The notes: generated by a model from the sequence alone, not told the origin. A stretch of 63,481 nt of DNA, filler included, from Octopus bimaculoides (GCF_001194135.2; 5 parts of 5 records of this genome joined end to end with filler, not necessarily neighbours in it), one strand, 5' to 3'. Positions 24,330-36,970 are shown, counted from the first letter of the whole stretch. Program-made: numbers and translations.

Positions 24330-25240
24330 ACGTTAAGTACAACCCTAAATTTTATAGTGAGTGGTTACAACTTAAGTGAGACTAGGATCATCCACTTGCT
24401 CTGAATGGATGAACGACCGCATCAGAATAATTACGGTAACTAACAAATATTCTATGAATTACGATTTGTGAGATACAATGTTGTTTGTCCAAGTTTACCT
24501 TAACAGATTCCAGATAGTCATTACCTATCAGACAACTGGAACTGTCTCAAACATTTGCAGGGTTTTACACCTCACCCTTCTACTGGCTACTCTCATGTAA
24601 TTCTAATATACGAATGTACGCCTTGTATATACGTCAAGCATATTATAGTCGTCCACCAATATTAATAGGTGAATGTTCCCAAGAATGCTTCGAGATGCCT
24701 GAAGAAATCCAACAACCGTCCGGACCTACTCGGTGTATAAAGAGTCACTAATCTGACACCACTCCTCTTGCTATTCACATTTAGTACCACTGATTTGCCA
24801 TCCAGGTCTAGGTAGATTGCCCTTGCCTCAAGATCATTTCTATCCTGCTCGATCCAGGCCATCAGTAAATTGCATACACTTTGCAAACGTCAAAGATGGG
24901 TGCATTTTGTGCGTTCTGGGAATATCGGTTTCAGATCACAAGACATAGATATGATACCTGATAGCTATCACGCCAACATCCAGTGATTTAAGGTTGTTAA
25001 GCAAATTACTTTGTTTGCAATCCAGTCTCAAGCAGCGTAAATTTATTCAATCAGTTCTCCGTAAGGTAATTTTGAATGGAGAAAAACTGAAATAGGCTGC
25101 TTTAATCTAAAAACACCGAGCAAATAGGTCATCCGGATTTCTCTAAAGGTCTCTATAGTATTGCCTTGGCTGTCTTTTGCGGAGGTCCAGCTCGTCCTCT
25201 GGGAATCAGTTCTAATGTAATCCTCAACAGAAATCAAACT
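24330..25240 (-). mobile_element. L1/Tx1-type LINE remnant (APE endonuclease, ORF1/ORF2 junction)
   Basis: LNNLKSLDVGVIAI, DGKSVVLNV...RLVTLYTP...DFFRHLEAFL, LILVDDYN (GD.N motif) and HRIFV. Heavily frameshifted. Confidence 0.75.
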
Positions 25241-25656
25241 GGTGCAATTTGAGAGAGGTGGTCCACGATGTTGTTCCTTCTAAGACGTATGTCTTTGTTG
25301 AATCTTACGTTCTCCATTAACTCATAGAATGGCATAGTTGAAAACTTAATGAGTTGGTCTTTGTTGTTTATGCCCTGGTTGTAGTAATTGGTAATTGTAG
25401 CTGTTGTTGTGGTTGCGGTTTTGGTTGTTAGCATTTGTGTTGTTATTGTTACCATTTTTAGCGGTGGTCGTCGTGGTGATTTTTTTCCTATTGTTACTTT
25501 TTGTAATATGGCGGCGGTGGTAGTGACGATTACAGTAGTATGCGTAGGAAAATATTTGTTGATTTCTCAAGCATTTCATCAAACCTTCGGCTTTTCAGCT
25601 TTGGACGACTGGCCTTTCTTTTCTAATAATAATAATAATAATGGTGTTGATGATGC

Positions 25657-25710
<54 letters not shown>

Positions 25711-26135
25711 CGAAGACAACATAAACCCATCACTTTCGACGTGACGGTTTAAGTCGATACTTGACTGGAATGTGTATTTCCCCCATGCCGAAAGGATGAA
25801 AAGTGAAGTTGACCTCGATCGAGGCTTGAACTCGAAAGGTAAAATGCCTGAAGAAATACTGCAAGACATTTTCTCCGACATTCTATCGAGTCTACCAATC
25901 CACCGCTCATATGGTAATTGTTTTTATATGAGCACAAAGCCAGGAGGTTTGAGGTGTTGTTCTGCATCATCGAACCAAATACTTAACTGGTACTTTATTT
26001 TATCAACTCCAACAGAATGAAGGGCAAAGTCTAGTTCAACAGAACTTAAATCAGAATGTAAAGATGGATGAAATGCCGCGTTTATAATAATAATCATAAA
26101 AATGATAATAATAATCATAATAATAATAATAATAA

Positions 26136-26166
<31 letters not shown>

Positions 26167-26231
26167 AAGAAGAAGAAGAAGAAGAAGAAGAAGAAGAAGA
26201 AGAAGAAGAAGAAGAAGAAGAAGAAGAAGAA

Positions 26232-26331
26232 NNNNNNNNNNNNNNNNNNNNNNNNNNNNNNNNNNNNNNNNNNNNTTAATTAATTAANNNNNNNNNNNNN
26301 NNNNNNNNNNNNNNNNNNNNNNNNNNNNNNN
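26232..26331. other. Artificial scaffold spacer N44-TTAATTAATTAA-N44
   Basis: Palindromic six-frame stop 12-mer at 26276-26287. The same 100-bp structure occurs four times. Confidence 0.97.
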
Positions 26332-27791
26332 TTGGCAGAGTTTCTACAGCTGGATGCCCTTCCTAACGCCAATATACATATTAACCTATTATCTTTCTTT
26401 TTTGTGAAGGGCATAAAGTGAAATAACTTGATGAAACACTTAACTCTGGCATACACATTTACATAGTGGTGCATTTATAGCTGCTGAGTTTAAAAGTTTG
26501 TAACTGCTTGTTACAAGCTCAATCCCATTCTGTGACAGCTTGTACGAGTGTCTTCTCTACTGTAGCCTTGGGTGTAACTATCACCATATGAGTGAAATTA
26601 GGTATGCAAAAACAGTGATAGAAACCCATCCTATATCATCATTAGTGTCATTCATCCACTTTTCCATGCTGTTATGAGTTGGGTTTGATTGGATGGTTCT
26701 GAAGCAGTGTTTAATCAACTGGGTGCTCTTCCTCTCACCAACACTTGTAGTTGCCTCTTACAGCATGTAAGGATGAGGCATGCCTATTCTAAAACCAGGA
26801 TATGCATACTAACACAAGCATATGTGCACACATGTACGTGTGTGTGTTTGTGTGCGTGTGCGTGCTTATGTGTATTTATTGGTGTCAAATTGTGGGTGAA
26901 GTTGTTTCTTTTCCTGTTAAATATGTAACTTAACAAAATTCGATAGTAGAAATACTAGGATGAAATGAGTATTGGACCTGATGTAAGTTGATGTGTTTGA
27001 CTAAAAAACCCTTGAAGGTCGTGCTCCAGCATGGCTGCTGTCCATTGACTGAAAACAAGTAAAAGAAATGAATAAAAGAGAATGTGCGTTCACACACACA
27101 CACTTGAGTATAAAAAAAAGGAAGAAAAATATCCTTAATCATTCATATGGATTGATTAAATACATCCCTTGTTTCTAATGTTAAAGGTGTGAATTGACCA
27201 ATTTGTTTCCTATTATTATCCGCATGCACATATCTGAATTTGTGTCAATGTTCACTCACCTCTATCTCGGGAGGTCAGTGAGTTTGTTGTTTTCACACAA
27301 GGCCTGGTGTTTATTAGTTTATTTGTTAGTAGGTGTAACAGCCAATTTCTAATGTTGCCAACTAGTCTTAAGTCCAGTTGCTGAGTTGTACAATTGCTTA
27401 TACTTTATATGCTACTAAGCTTTTCGCATAAAAGTTGAAGTCCTGTTATAAGCAAATGTGTGCGTACCATGTTTTCCGGTATTTAAGTTGATGTAGTATA
27501 TTGTGCAAATGTGTGGTATAAATATTCAAACATCATCACTAAATCTTTCTAAATTCTGCAACATTTCACATGGGACTTTTGGTCTTCCTAAGTCATCTTG
27601 GTGTATAAGTTAACCTATGCATTTTTTTTTTTATTTCGTAAATTTTGTTCTGAAGAATCTGACTTTTATGCTAGAAAATAGGGTATGTGACAGTCTCTGT
27701 ATGTATGAGCATGTATTTTTGTGCATGAGAGTGTGTGAGTATGCATGTTGGAGTGCATGCATGTGTGTGTGTGTGAATAAAAATAAATATA

Positions 27792-28170
27792 GGCATAGGA
27801 GTAGCTGTGTGGTAAGAAGCCTGCTTATGAACCACATGGTTCCGGGTTCAGTCCCACTGCGTGGCACCTTGGGCAAGTGTCTTCTACTATAGCCTTGGGC
27901 CGACCAATGCCTTGTGAGTGGATTTAGTAGACGGAAACTGAAAGAAGCCCGTCGTATATGTGTGTGTGTGTGTGTGTATATGTTTGTCCCCGCCACATTG
28001 CTTGACAACTGATGCTGGTGTGTTTACGTCCCCGTAACTTAGCGGTTCGGCGAAAAGGACCGATAGAATAAGTACTAGGCTTACAAAGAATAAGTCCTGG
28101 GGTCGATTTGCTCAACTAAAGGCGGTACTCCAGCATGGTCACAGTCAAATGACTGAAACATGTAAAAGAG
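27792..28170 (+). mobile_element. SINE family A, full length
   Basis: Same head, CORE-like block and tail as 5538-5931; tail hairpin cagtc-aaat-gactg at 28142-28155. Confidence 0.92.
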
Positions 28171-29399
28171 AGTATATGAGTGTATGTACAAGAGTCTATG
28201 CATGTGCATCTACAGCTGTTTGCATTTACACATGCATTACAAGAGCATATATGTGCATGTCTGTACTAGAGTGACTTTGTATATGTGCATTTATAAGAAT
28301 GTCTTTGTACTATATACAGTGTATGCAAGTGTTTGTGTGCATTTACAATACTGTGTACGAGAATGTGTGTGTGTATATATAATGAGGTGTCAGTGTGTGC
28401 ATGCGTTAGTGTCTGTATGTTTGAATGTGTGCATGTTAGTGTTTGTCTGTATGAATGTTTGCATGTATGATTGAAGGAATGTGGCCAGCCAAACAGTCAT
28501 AGTTTAGATCTCTGTGTGTAAACATTTAGTCAATCAGTCAATCACATAAGTTTTGACCTTTTAAATAGTCAGAAACAATTGTATGACTCTTAACAGTCTG
28601 GTGAAGAGGGACTTTTTATTACAACATTAGTTTCTTTATTTTGATAATATTGTATGTGTGCGTGTGTCAGAGAGAGAGAGAGAGAGCATGTTTGATCTAT
28701 TAGTTCTTTTGAATTATTTCTAATATCAAAGGAAACAGTATGACTTAGCTGATCTTTACATGGCTTCAACAATAGACAAAGAACAAATTGGGAATTATAT
28801 TGAAATAGCATTTCTAAGCTTAAACGTAATCACCAAATTTTACCCCGACTTAGTTTCAATTTTTGTCTGCTAGTAACCCCACCTCACCTCTGATGCCTCT
28901 GCATTTCATGGATCTTTATTATACTTCAGAGACAAATGCAATTTACCAACCATTTCTTGAAGTGTGTAATTCCCTAATATCTCTCATCAAACAATCAATC
29001 AATTGATATATTATTGAACTTCTGTAACTCTAATAAATAGACAATTTGCTTGAGGCAGCAGAAGGGATGGTATTTTATTTTACTAAAAAGAAAAAAAAAA
29101 AAATCTTTTCATTAAAGTAGATGGCACAATTTCACTTGGATAAAAGAAAAGCTCAAATGGTTCCTGTTTGATTATTTTCTAATTAGTGACATCCATTCAT
29201 AGTTGACTGACTTTGTTGAGTTTCATGAGAGAGAGAGAGACAGCAGAGATAGTGGAAGATAGATTTGTGATGTTTATGTCCTTCCCTAAGGGTCACAGTA
29301 ATATTAATGAAATTAAGAGAAAAGATGCTAGAGAAAATCAAAATTAAGAGATTATTTACTCTAAAACACTACTTTTATGGAGTTTGTGACAAAAAGAGG

Positions 29400-29597
29400 G
29401 CCTCTGTATGGCTGCTTAATCTGCTAGAAATAGTAACCAGGTCTCTTTCAAATTATACCTTACTATTATAAAAATAGACACTTTGAATAGTGTTGTCCTT
29501 GTACTCTAATGATTAAATGAAAGATGAGATGGTCACTACTGGAATACCTCTGATTCTGGGTCTGAGCAGTCAGGATTGAGTTTGAACTTTAGCAAAC
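29400..29597 (+). mobile_element. SINE-like family D copy
   Basis: ctgctagaaatagtaacc...ggtcactactggaatacctctg...agcaaacaac. Confidence 0.6.
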
Positions 29598-29667
29598 AAC
29601 TCTATGGGGCTTACTGTATCTTCTTTACAATAATTCTTTGAATTTTATTATTAAATTGCTGAATAAA

Positions 29668-29858
29668 GTAGCAAACTGGCAGAACTTTGAACATGTCAGA
29701 CAAAATGCTTAGTACCTTTACATTCTGAGTTCAAATTTGCTTTTCATCCTTTCATTGTTGATAAAATAAGCACCAGTTGAGGACTGGAGTAAGTGAAATC
29801 GGCTAGCCCCTCCCCAATAAATTGCTGGCCTTGTGCCAAAATCTGAAACCATTATTAA
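29668..29858 (+). mobile_element. SINE family B, CpG-decayed
   Basis: aactggcagaac...ctgagttcaaattt..ttttcatcctttc...ggccttgtgccaaaat. Confidence 0.8.
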
Positions 29859-32152
29859 GTTGTTTAATAACAACTATTATATATCTTTAGTTGAATTTTA
29901 GAGCCTTGAATTTTTAAAGACTTTTTAAATATGTTGCCAGTATTTCCAGACTTTGTCAACACAATAAAATTATTTTCTGCTTGGTCATGTGAGCTGCTGG
30001 AAATAGTTGTGAAATATCCCTTGAATTACAATGTGCAGCATACATTGGACAATGCTATCCAATACATTTTTTTTTTTTTTTTAACCATAATCAGGGTTGG
30101 AACATTTTTGATGATTGATCTGCTTTAAAATGCATTGAAGAAGATTTTGCTATTCTTTATAGCAGGTTGAGGCTCTTTTGTTGGCTTGATTCTTTCCTTA
30201 TTTAGTTTGAAAGTATTTAGGAAAGTCTGACAAATCAATTTTGCATCAGTCTTGTACTTTGTTTCCTTGTTGCTCAGACATTTCCACTTTCTTCCCTTGT
30301 TCTCTTTACTTATATCAAACAAGCATCTACCAGCCAACTATGGAACCTCTATTTGCTAGAAATAGCAGGTAACTCACCCTCAAATCTCACTGTCATCTTG
30401 AAACACAAACACACATGCATATGAGATAATGAAGTTTACAAGGGTAAAAAAAAAAAAATGAAAGCAAAACAAAATGGATGGCTTCAGCTGGAATGCCTCA
30501 GTCTACTCAATCAAGACTGACTTTCAGGTAAACAACAACAAATAACTGTGGCTCAGTCATTGCTTGATTCATCTTTCTTTTCTCTTTAGACTCTGTCTGT
30601 CTGTCTCCTTCTCTCTCTCTCTCACTCACTCACCTTTCCTGTTAGTTAATGTTAGTCACTGGATGATCCCCCAATACTTTTTGTCCTTCCTTCCATTTCA
30701 TGCACTATTTTCCTAACTACCAGCTGCTTTTGTATACCAAATATTCTTGGTTTTGAAACTTATCACGTGGAATTAATTTTATTACATAATTCATCTGTAT
30801 AGAAGTAATTGTTACATTAGGCAACAGTTCTCTGTTTTTTATCATCATAAGTATGTTTTTTACATAACTGGATGAAAAAAAAATCACACAGCATATTTTT
30901 TTGTATACCAATTATATTACAACTCACAAAAAACTTATAAATTCATAAACATGCATTGCACACAAAATTGCACATACACACGCTCATGCATACTAATCTG
31001 CCAGCTAGCTATCCTTCTAGATCAGTCTTTTGTGGTGAAATATACCATTATTTTATTTTGGTATTTTGAGAATTTTGTTAAGACTTGTTGAAAAGAATTG
31101 GATATTTTTAAACGTATTCATGTTGTTAATAAATAATAGTTGTTTAGAAATGTGTCAGAATATTCCATATTGAAAACTGGCTTCATCCTGTCACATTAGA
31201 TAACTAAAAACATATCAATAGAAACTAAAAGCTAATTTATCAACAATGCCAACTTATTCCATATTTGTTGTTAGTATATGTTTTGTTTTTACTGAAAAAG
31301 AAGAATTTACAAAGAATGTCATGGACAAAACTATGGAATTAAGCTTTGGGTTTTTTTTGTTTTTTTTTTTTAGAATATTTTCATTTGTTTTTGTTTTGAA
31401 TCTTCTACATCAATTTCAAAAATATTTTACATATTCTTTCCAACTAGATTCAGAGTTGTCTAAGTTTGATTAGAATTGTAACCCTAATGTTATTGCTGAT
31501 CAGCTCTTTGTCTCTAGGGAGACCCAAATATGTTACACACTCAAACACACACACAGAGGCCACACCTGATAATAGAATATATGTACACATACATACAAGC
31601 TCTGGTTTTGGCAACCACTTCTTGAATTAAGACATTTAAGCATTTATTAGCATTAAACCAATCACATCACCTAAATTACTGTTGCTGGGTTTATTTTATA
31701 AATTTTGCAATTTTGATTTCTGTGAAATAAATTAGTTCTCAGAAATCATGGGGGAATGGAATGTACAGTGTTGAAGAGATTCTAGATTTTGAGCACAAAA
31801 GATGCAACAACACAATCACTAAATAAGATAATTACAATATCGTTCATGGCAAAAGTGGTCTCAACTAGATTAAGCAAGCGTGCTTTGCTAAGATGTTGGT
31901 TAGAATGAGGATAAATGTTAAAGCAAGAGTCTGTTTTGTTATGAACAGGTCTGGTATTGAAAACAACGTTTGAGATGTTTAAGGTAAATATCATAAAATT
32001 TAGTCTATTCAGTGGAAGTTCAGATTATTAGTTATAATTCTCTAACAATGATCTTAATCTCTGCTATATGAATCAACAAGGGAGCTTCTGTGTTGTCACT
32101 TGGCCTGCTAGAAATAGAAGTCAAGTTTCCTTCAGATTGCAACCTATTGTCA

Positions 32153-32341
32153 CTCTTTGGTATTCAGATTACTCTTGTTAAATGTAATGCTTATTTATTC
32201 TCATTGTTTTGAATTAATCATGCATTATCTTGTAGCTTTGTTAATTTTAGAATGACATTGTATAGAAGGTGTGATAGGTCAGATCTGGTCAGTTTGAATG
32301 TAGAATAGGCCGGTTATGGCTGGTTTAAATGCAAAAGGATT
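32153..32341. mobile_element. Possible decayed MITE with short TIRs (piggyBac-like ends)
   Basis: Left ctctttggtattca versus right taaatgcaaaagga(tttaa). The TIRs are degenerate and the TTAA duplication is not cleanly preserved. Confidence 0.4.
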
Positions 32342-33506
32342 TAAAGGACCAACACAAAGAATAATGTGAACTGGCAGAATTGTTAGAGCAGCATCAGAGA
32401 GAATATTTCGTGGTATTTGTTTTGACTCTGTGTGCTCTGGGTTCAAATTCTACTGTGGTCAACATTGGTACAAGGTCACAGTTTCTTTAGGAGTGAGTCA
32501 ACTTAGCTGATCCCAGTAATATGGTTAGTACTTACTTTATTGATCCTGGTAAAATGAAAGGCAAAAGCAATTCTATCGAGACTTGAACTCACTTACCGTT
32601 TTAATAATGGTTTCGAATTTTGGCATTGGCCCAGCAGTTTTTGAGATGGGGTGATAGTCAATTACATCAACCCCAGTGCTTGTCTGGTACTTATTTTATT
32701 GAACCCCAAAAAGATGAAATACAAAGTCGGCTCTAGCAGAATTTGAATTCAGAATCTATCCATTGTATTGGTTTCAAATTTTGGCACTGGACCAGCAGTT
32801 TTTGGGGGTGGGATGGTAGTCAATTACATCAGCCCCAGTACTTGACTGGTATTTATTTTATTGACCCCAAAAAGATGAAATGCAGTCAACCTCAGCAGAA
32901 TTTGAACTCAGAACCTAAGGTAGGAAGATATGCTGCTAAGCATTTAGTCTGATGTGTTAACGATTCTACTAACTCACTGCCTTGCCTAAGTCAAAAATTT
33001 GGAAGGAAGGGTTAGTCAGTAGAGTTAATACTACATTGGTTTTAGTATTTAAAAAAATTTTTTATTAGCACTCTAGTGCTTTTACCAACCCCACAGAAGG
33101 ATGAAAGGCAAAGCTGATTTTGGGAGGATTTGAATTTGGAATGTAAAGCAGAACAAATTCTAAATGACATTTTGTTTGATGTGCTAGTGATGCTACCTAT
33201 CCGCTGCCCTGATAATGATAATCTTGGCTGATGTGTTACTAATTCACTGCCATGAAAAGAAGTAATATTAATAATCCTTTCTACTATAGGTACAGGACCT
33301 GAAATTTGGGGATGGGAGCTAGTTGATTACATCAGCCCCAGTGTTCAACTAGTATTTTATTTATCCTGAAAGGTTCAAAGGTGAAGTTGACCATGGTGGA
33401 ATTTGAACTCAGAATGTAAAAGCAAACAAAATGACAGTAAGCATTTTGTCTAGCATGCTGACGATTCTGCCAGCTCATCAAATAATAATAATAATAATAA
33501 TAATAA

Positions 33507-34028
33507 TGATATGCCCTGATGCAGTACCAGTCAGTGGCTCTCATGGCTTCTGATCTTAACTAATTGGAAGTGTTATCATGTACATTATTTTGTCTTGGTG
33601 TAAAAGATTGGCTACAGCAAATATTCTGCTCAATACCAAAGATTTGCTTGTTAGTTGACTGAAGATATGTACATCTCTGATTACAAGCAGAAGTAGTGGG
33701 AGAGTATCATTGCCATGTGTTGAAAGGAATTCTCTGAGGTTTGACTAATACACCTCTGGAAATATGGGTGTTTTGTTCAACATCCTTAAACAATCCTCAT
33801 TCAGAGACCTTTTGTGCAGAGGGACTATTCAACCTGAAGAAAACTCTAACTGGTCCCCACCTGCAAAGTCATGCTATTTATCTTGATAGGAGATCACTAT
33901 GTCGCACACATATGGTTATGATACATGTGCCTGGTGTACCCTTATCAGACGGGTAGTCATGATGGATATACTGGGTTTCATATATTTTACCCCAGTGTCA
34001 TGCATGCACTGCTCTCTCACTAACAATA
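33507..34028 (-). repeat. Unclassified interspersed repeat of about 520 bp
   Basis: Non-coding, bounded by (AAT)n, with hairpins actggg..cccagt and taccc..gggta near one end. Recognised from memory as an abundant octopus repeat; the class is not determinable here. Confidence 0.45.
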
Positions 34029-34406
34029 ATGAGCACTCAAAGATTGCAAACCTCTGCCAAGGAAACACCAACGTTCTCTCAACTTTGAGCCAGAGATGAT
34101 TTTTAAAATGAGAATATCTGAAATAAACTCAACTGCTCTCACAAATGAGAATACTAAAAATGAAATGGACCACTCTCAAAAATTAGGTTAAAAAAAAAAA
34201 ACGGAAAAATAATCCAGAATCATTGTCCAGTATCCAATCAATCCCAAAATCTGATCAGTTTGTGCCAGTCATGGGGCCAAGCATGCCTGAAAGTTTCATC
34301 CAAATCCATTCAGCGGTTCTTGAGATATCTTGTCCACAGACAAACAAACAAACAAACAAACGTGACTGAAAACAATACCTCCACCTTCGCTAAGGCAAAG
34401 GTAATA
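34029..34406 (-). mobile_element. Helentron-associated nonautonomous element (HINE/DINE-1-like), full length
   Basis: 5' palindromic subTIR (cctttgcctt..aaggtggagg), (GTTT)n microsatellite, 3' subTIR ggcagagg and a terminal stem-loop ..gagtgc. Homologous to 55471-55770. Confidence 0.75.
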
Positions 34407-35204
34407 GTGACCTTTTTTGCTATAGTCACAAGGCCTACTTATTTTATTTACCCTTAAAGGATGAAAGGTGTAGTTGACCATCATGGAATTTGAACTCAGA
34501 TTATAAAAAAAAAAAAATGACAGTAAGCATTTTATGACATGTTAACGATTCTGCCAGTTCACCAAATAGTAATAATAATCCTTTCTACTATAGGCACAAG
34601 ACCTGAAATTTGGGGGAGAGAGCTAGCAAATTACGTTGACCCCAGTGCTTGAATGGTACTCATTTTATCCACCCCGAAATGATGAACGGCAAAGTCAACC
34701 TTAGTGGAATTTGATCTCAGAGCATGGAGAGGGATGAAAAATGTTGCTTAACATCTTTGCCTGGTGTGCTAATGATTCAACCAGCTTGCCACGTTCAAAG
34801 CAGTACTAATAATAACAATCATTTAATGTGCTCTATGTAATAAAACATCAGAGAGGGAGAGAGGAGAGTAAGCAGTGGAATTATTGGCAAAAATACTTAG
34901 AATTTTAACACCTTCTGACAGATGTTCAACTTCTTTTACATAGCTAACATCCTTGAGAAAGGTATAAATGCCACACAATGTTATTTCCTCAACCCTTTAT
35001 TCTTGAAAAATTGTGTGTTCAGATAAAAAATCAGTAATTTTCATAAAAGAAATGTTAGACAGCAAACTTATTATTATTGAAGTCGCAAGCTGGCAGAATC
35101 AGTAGTTCACTGGCCAAAATGCCAGGTGATTTTGCCTTTCTTTCTTTTTGAGGTTGATAAGTTAAGTACCAGCCAAGCACTGAAGTCATTATAATCAAAT
35201 TGCC

Positions 35205-35404
35205 CCTTCCTGGCACTTGTGCCGGTAGCACGTGTAAAGACATTCGAGCGAGATCGTTGCCAGTGCCGCTGGACTAGCTCCTGTGCAGGTGGCACGTAAA
35301 ATACACCATTTCGAGCGTAGCCGTTGCCAGTACTGCCTGATTGACCTTCGTGCTGCTGGCACGTAAAAGCACCCACTACACTCTCGGAGTGGTTGGCGTT
35401 AGGA
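35205..35404. repeat. GC-rich repeat with about 65-bp imperfect internal tandem units
   Basis: Units recur as gcacgt(g)aaa..accatt(t)cgagcg..cgttgccagt. Ends in ggttggcgttagga, the reverse complement of 26360-26370 (tcctaacgccaa). Confidence 0.7.
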
Positions 35405-35504
35405 NNNNNNNNNNNNNNNNNNNNNNNNNNNNNNNNNNNNNNNNNNNNTTAATTAATTAANNNNNNNNNNNNNNNNNNNNNNNNNNNNNNNNNNNNNNNN
35501 NNNN
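35405..35504. other. Artificial scaffold spacer N44-TTAATTAATTAA-N44
   Basis: 12-mer at 35449-35460. Confidence 0.97.
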
Positions 35505-36082
35505 TTCATTAATATGAAAGTCATGTTTTATCAATAGTCTTTGATATTTCATTTCTTTTATATGCAGATAAACAGCAATAACATATAATTATTTGTCATT
35601 TATATACATATATGTATATATATACATATATATACAAATATACATATACGTGCATGTATATCACATATGCTTGCATATATATATATATATATATATAGGC
35701 ATACGTATGACATACATAATACGTACATAAATACATACATGCATATATTTGTGTGTATATATATATATATCGTAAAGTGTTTATTTTGAAACGTCAAGAG
35801 TCTGATTTCTTGACAACACCTGAAAAAAAAGATTTTGTTGGTAAAATTGGTTGATAGCGGCGCAATTAAAACCAAGACTAATAACGGCAGCGAATGCATT
35901 TAACTCGGCTTTCTTAAATTGTCGAAGCGGACCCATGCCCAACTTAATATTTTTAATTTAATTTTTGTTTTTCCAACATAATCTTCTAGTTTCTATGATT
36001 TGAACATGGAGGATGCCAAAAGAAGAACAGAAAATAACTTTCTTACTGTTTCTTCTATCTCTATCTCCCAATTCTCTTATAC

Positions 36083-36125
<43 letters not shown>

Positions 36126-36159
36126 CTCGCTTTCTCCCCTTCTCTGCATACATACATAA

Positions 36160-36190
<31 letters not shown>

Positions 36191-36231
36191 TAGACACACG
36201 CGCGCACACACGCACGCACACACATGTTCTT

Positions 36232-36440
36232 TTACTTTATTCTTCTACTTTGTTTAACCATTTGACTGCGGCCATGCTGGAGCACCACCTTGAAGGGTTT
36301 TTTATCGAACAAATCGGTCCCAGGGCTTATTTCTTAAGCCAAGTACTTATTCTATTGCTCTCTTTTGCCGAACCACGAGAATACGGGTACACACATCAAC
36401 ACCAGTTGTGGAGACAAACAGACACACAAACACACACACT

Positions 36441-36492
<52 letters not shown>

Positions 36493-36511
36493 NNNNNNNN
36501 NNNNNNNNNNN

Positions 36512-36553
<42 letters not shown>

Positions 36554-36700
36554 GACGGGCGTCTTCCGTATATCATATCTACTCACAAGGATTTGGTCGG
36601 CCCAGAGTTATAGTAGAAGACACTTGCCCAAGATGCAATGCAGTGGGACTGAACCTGTAACCATGTGGTTAGGAAGCAAGATTCTTACCACAGCCACGAT
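36232..36700 (-). mobile_element. SINE family A, full length
   Basis: Reverse complement of the 27792-28170 type, with expanded internal (CA)n/(TA)n. Confidence 0.9.
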
Positions 36701-36709
36701 TAGGTGTAT

Positions 36710-36865
36710 GCCTGAGTGTGTGGGAAGAAGTCTGCCTTCAAATCACGTGTTTCCGGGTTCAGCCCCGCTGCATTCCACCTTGAACAATTGTCTTCTTCTG
36801 TAGCCTCGGACCAACCAAAGCCTGTGAGTGGATTTGGGAAACGGAAACTAGTAGAAGTCAGTCGC
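36710..36865 (+). mobile_element. SINE family A head/core fragment, head-to-head with the previous copy
   Basis: ccgggttcagccccgctgcattccaccttgaacaattgtc...gtgagtggatttggg..cggaaact. Confidence 0.85.
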
Positions 36866-36875
36866 GTGTGTGTGT

Positions 36876-36970
<95 letters not shown>

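Larger units (their letters stand above)
32365..34800 (-). repeat. Cluster of about 8 partial/full SINE B copies, mostly minus strand, head-to-tail in (AAT)n tails
   Basis: Recurrent gatgaaag(g)caaagt.gac...atttgaactcag at about 32545, 32710, 32875, 33100, 33370, 34460 and 34680, plus one plus-strand head at about 32370. Confidence 0.85.

Noticed and set aside
26276-26287. Recurrent palindrome TTAATTAATTAA as a regulatory or recombination site
   Set aside because: It always has exactly 44 N on each side, so it is an assembly spacer.
31760-31825. MYSVEEILDF resembling a chromodomain start
   Set aside because: A stop follows within about 12 codons, and the other conserved aromatic-cage residues are absent.
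33930-34028. HDV-like ribozyme in the 520-bp repeat
   Set aside because: The pairings (actggg/cccagt, taccc/gggta) form simple hairpins; the nested double pseudoknot could not be built.
32365-34800. CRISPR-like array of repeated motifs
   Set aside because: Eukaryotic context; the units are divergent SINE fragments of 100-250 bp without regular spacers, and there are no cas genes.
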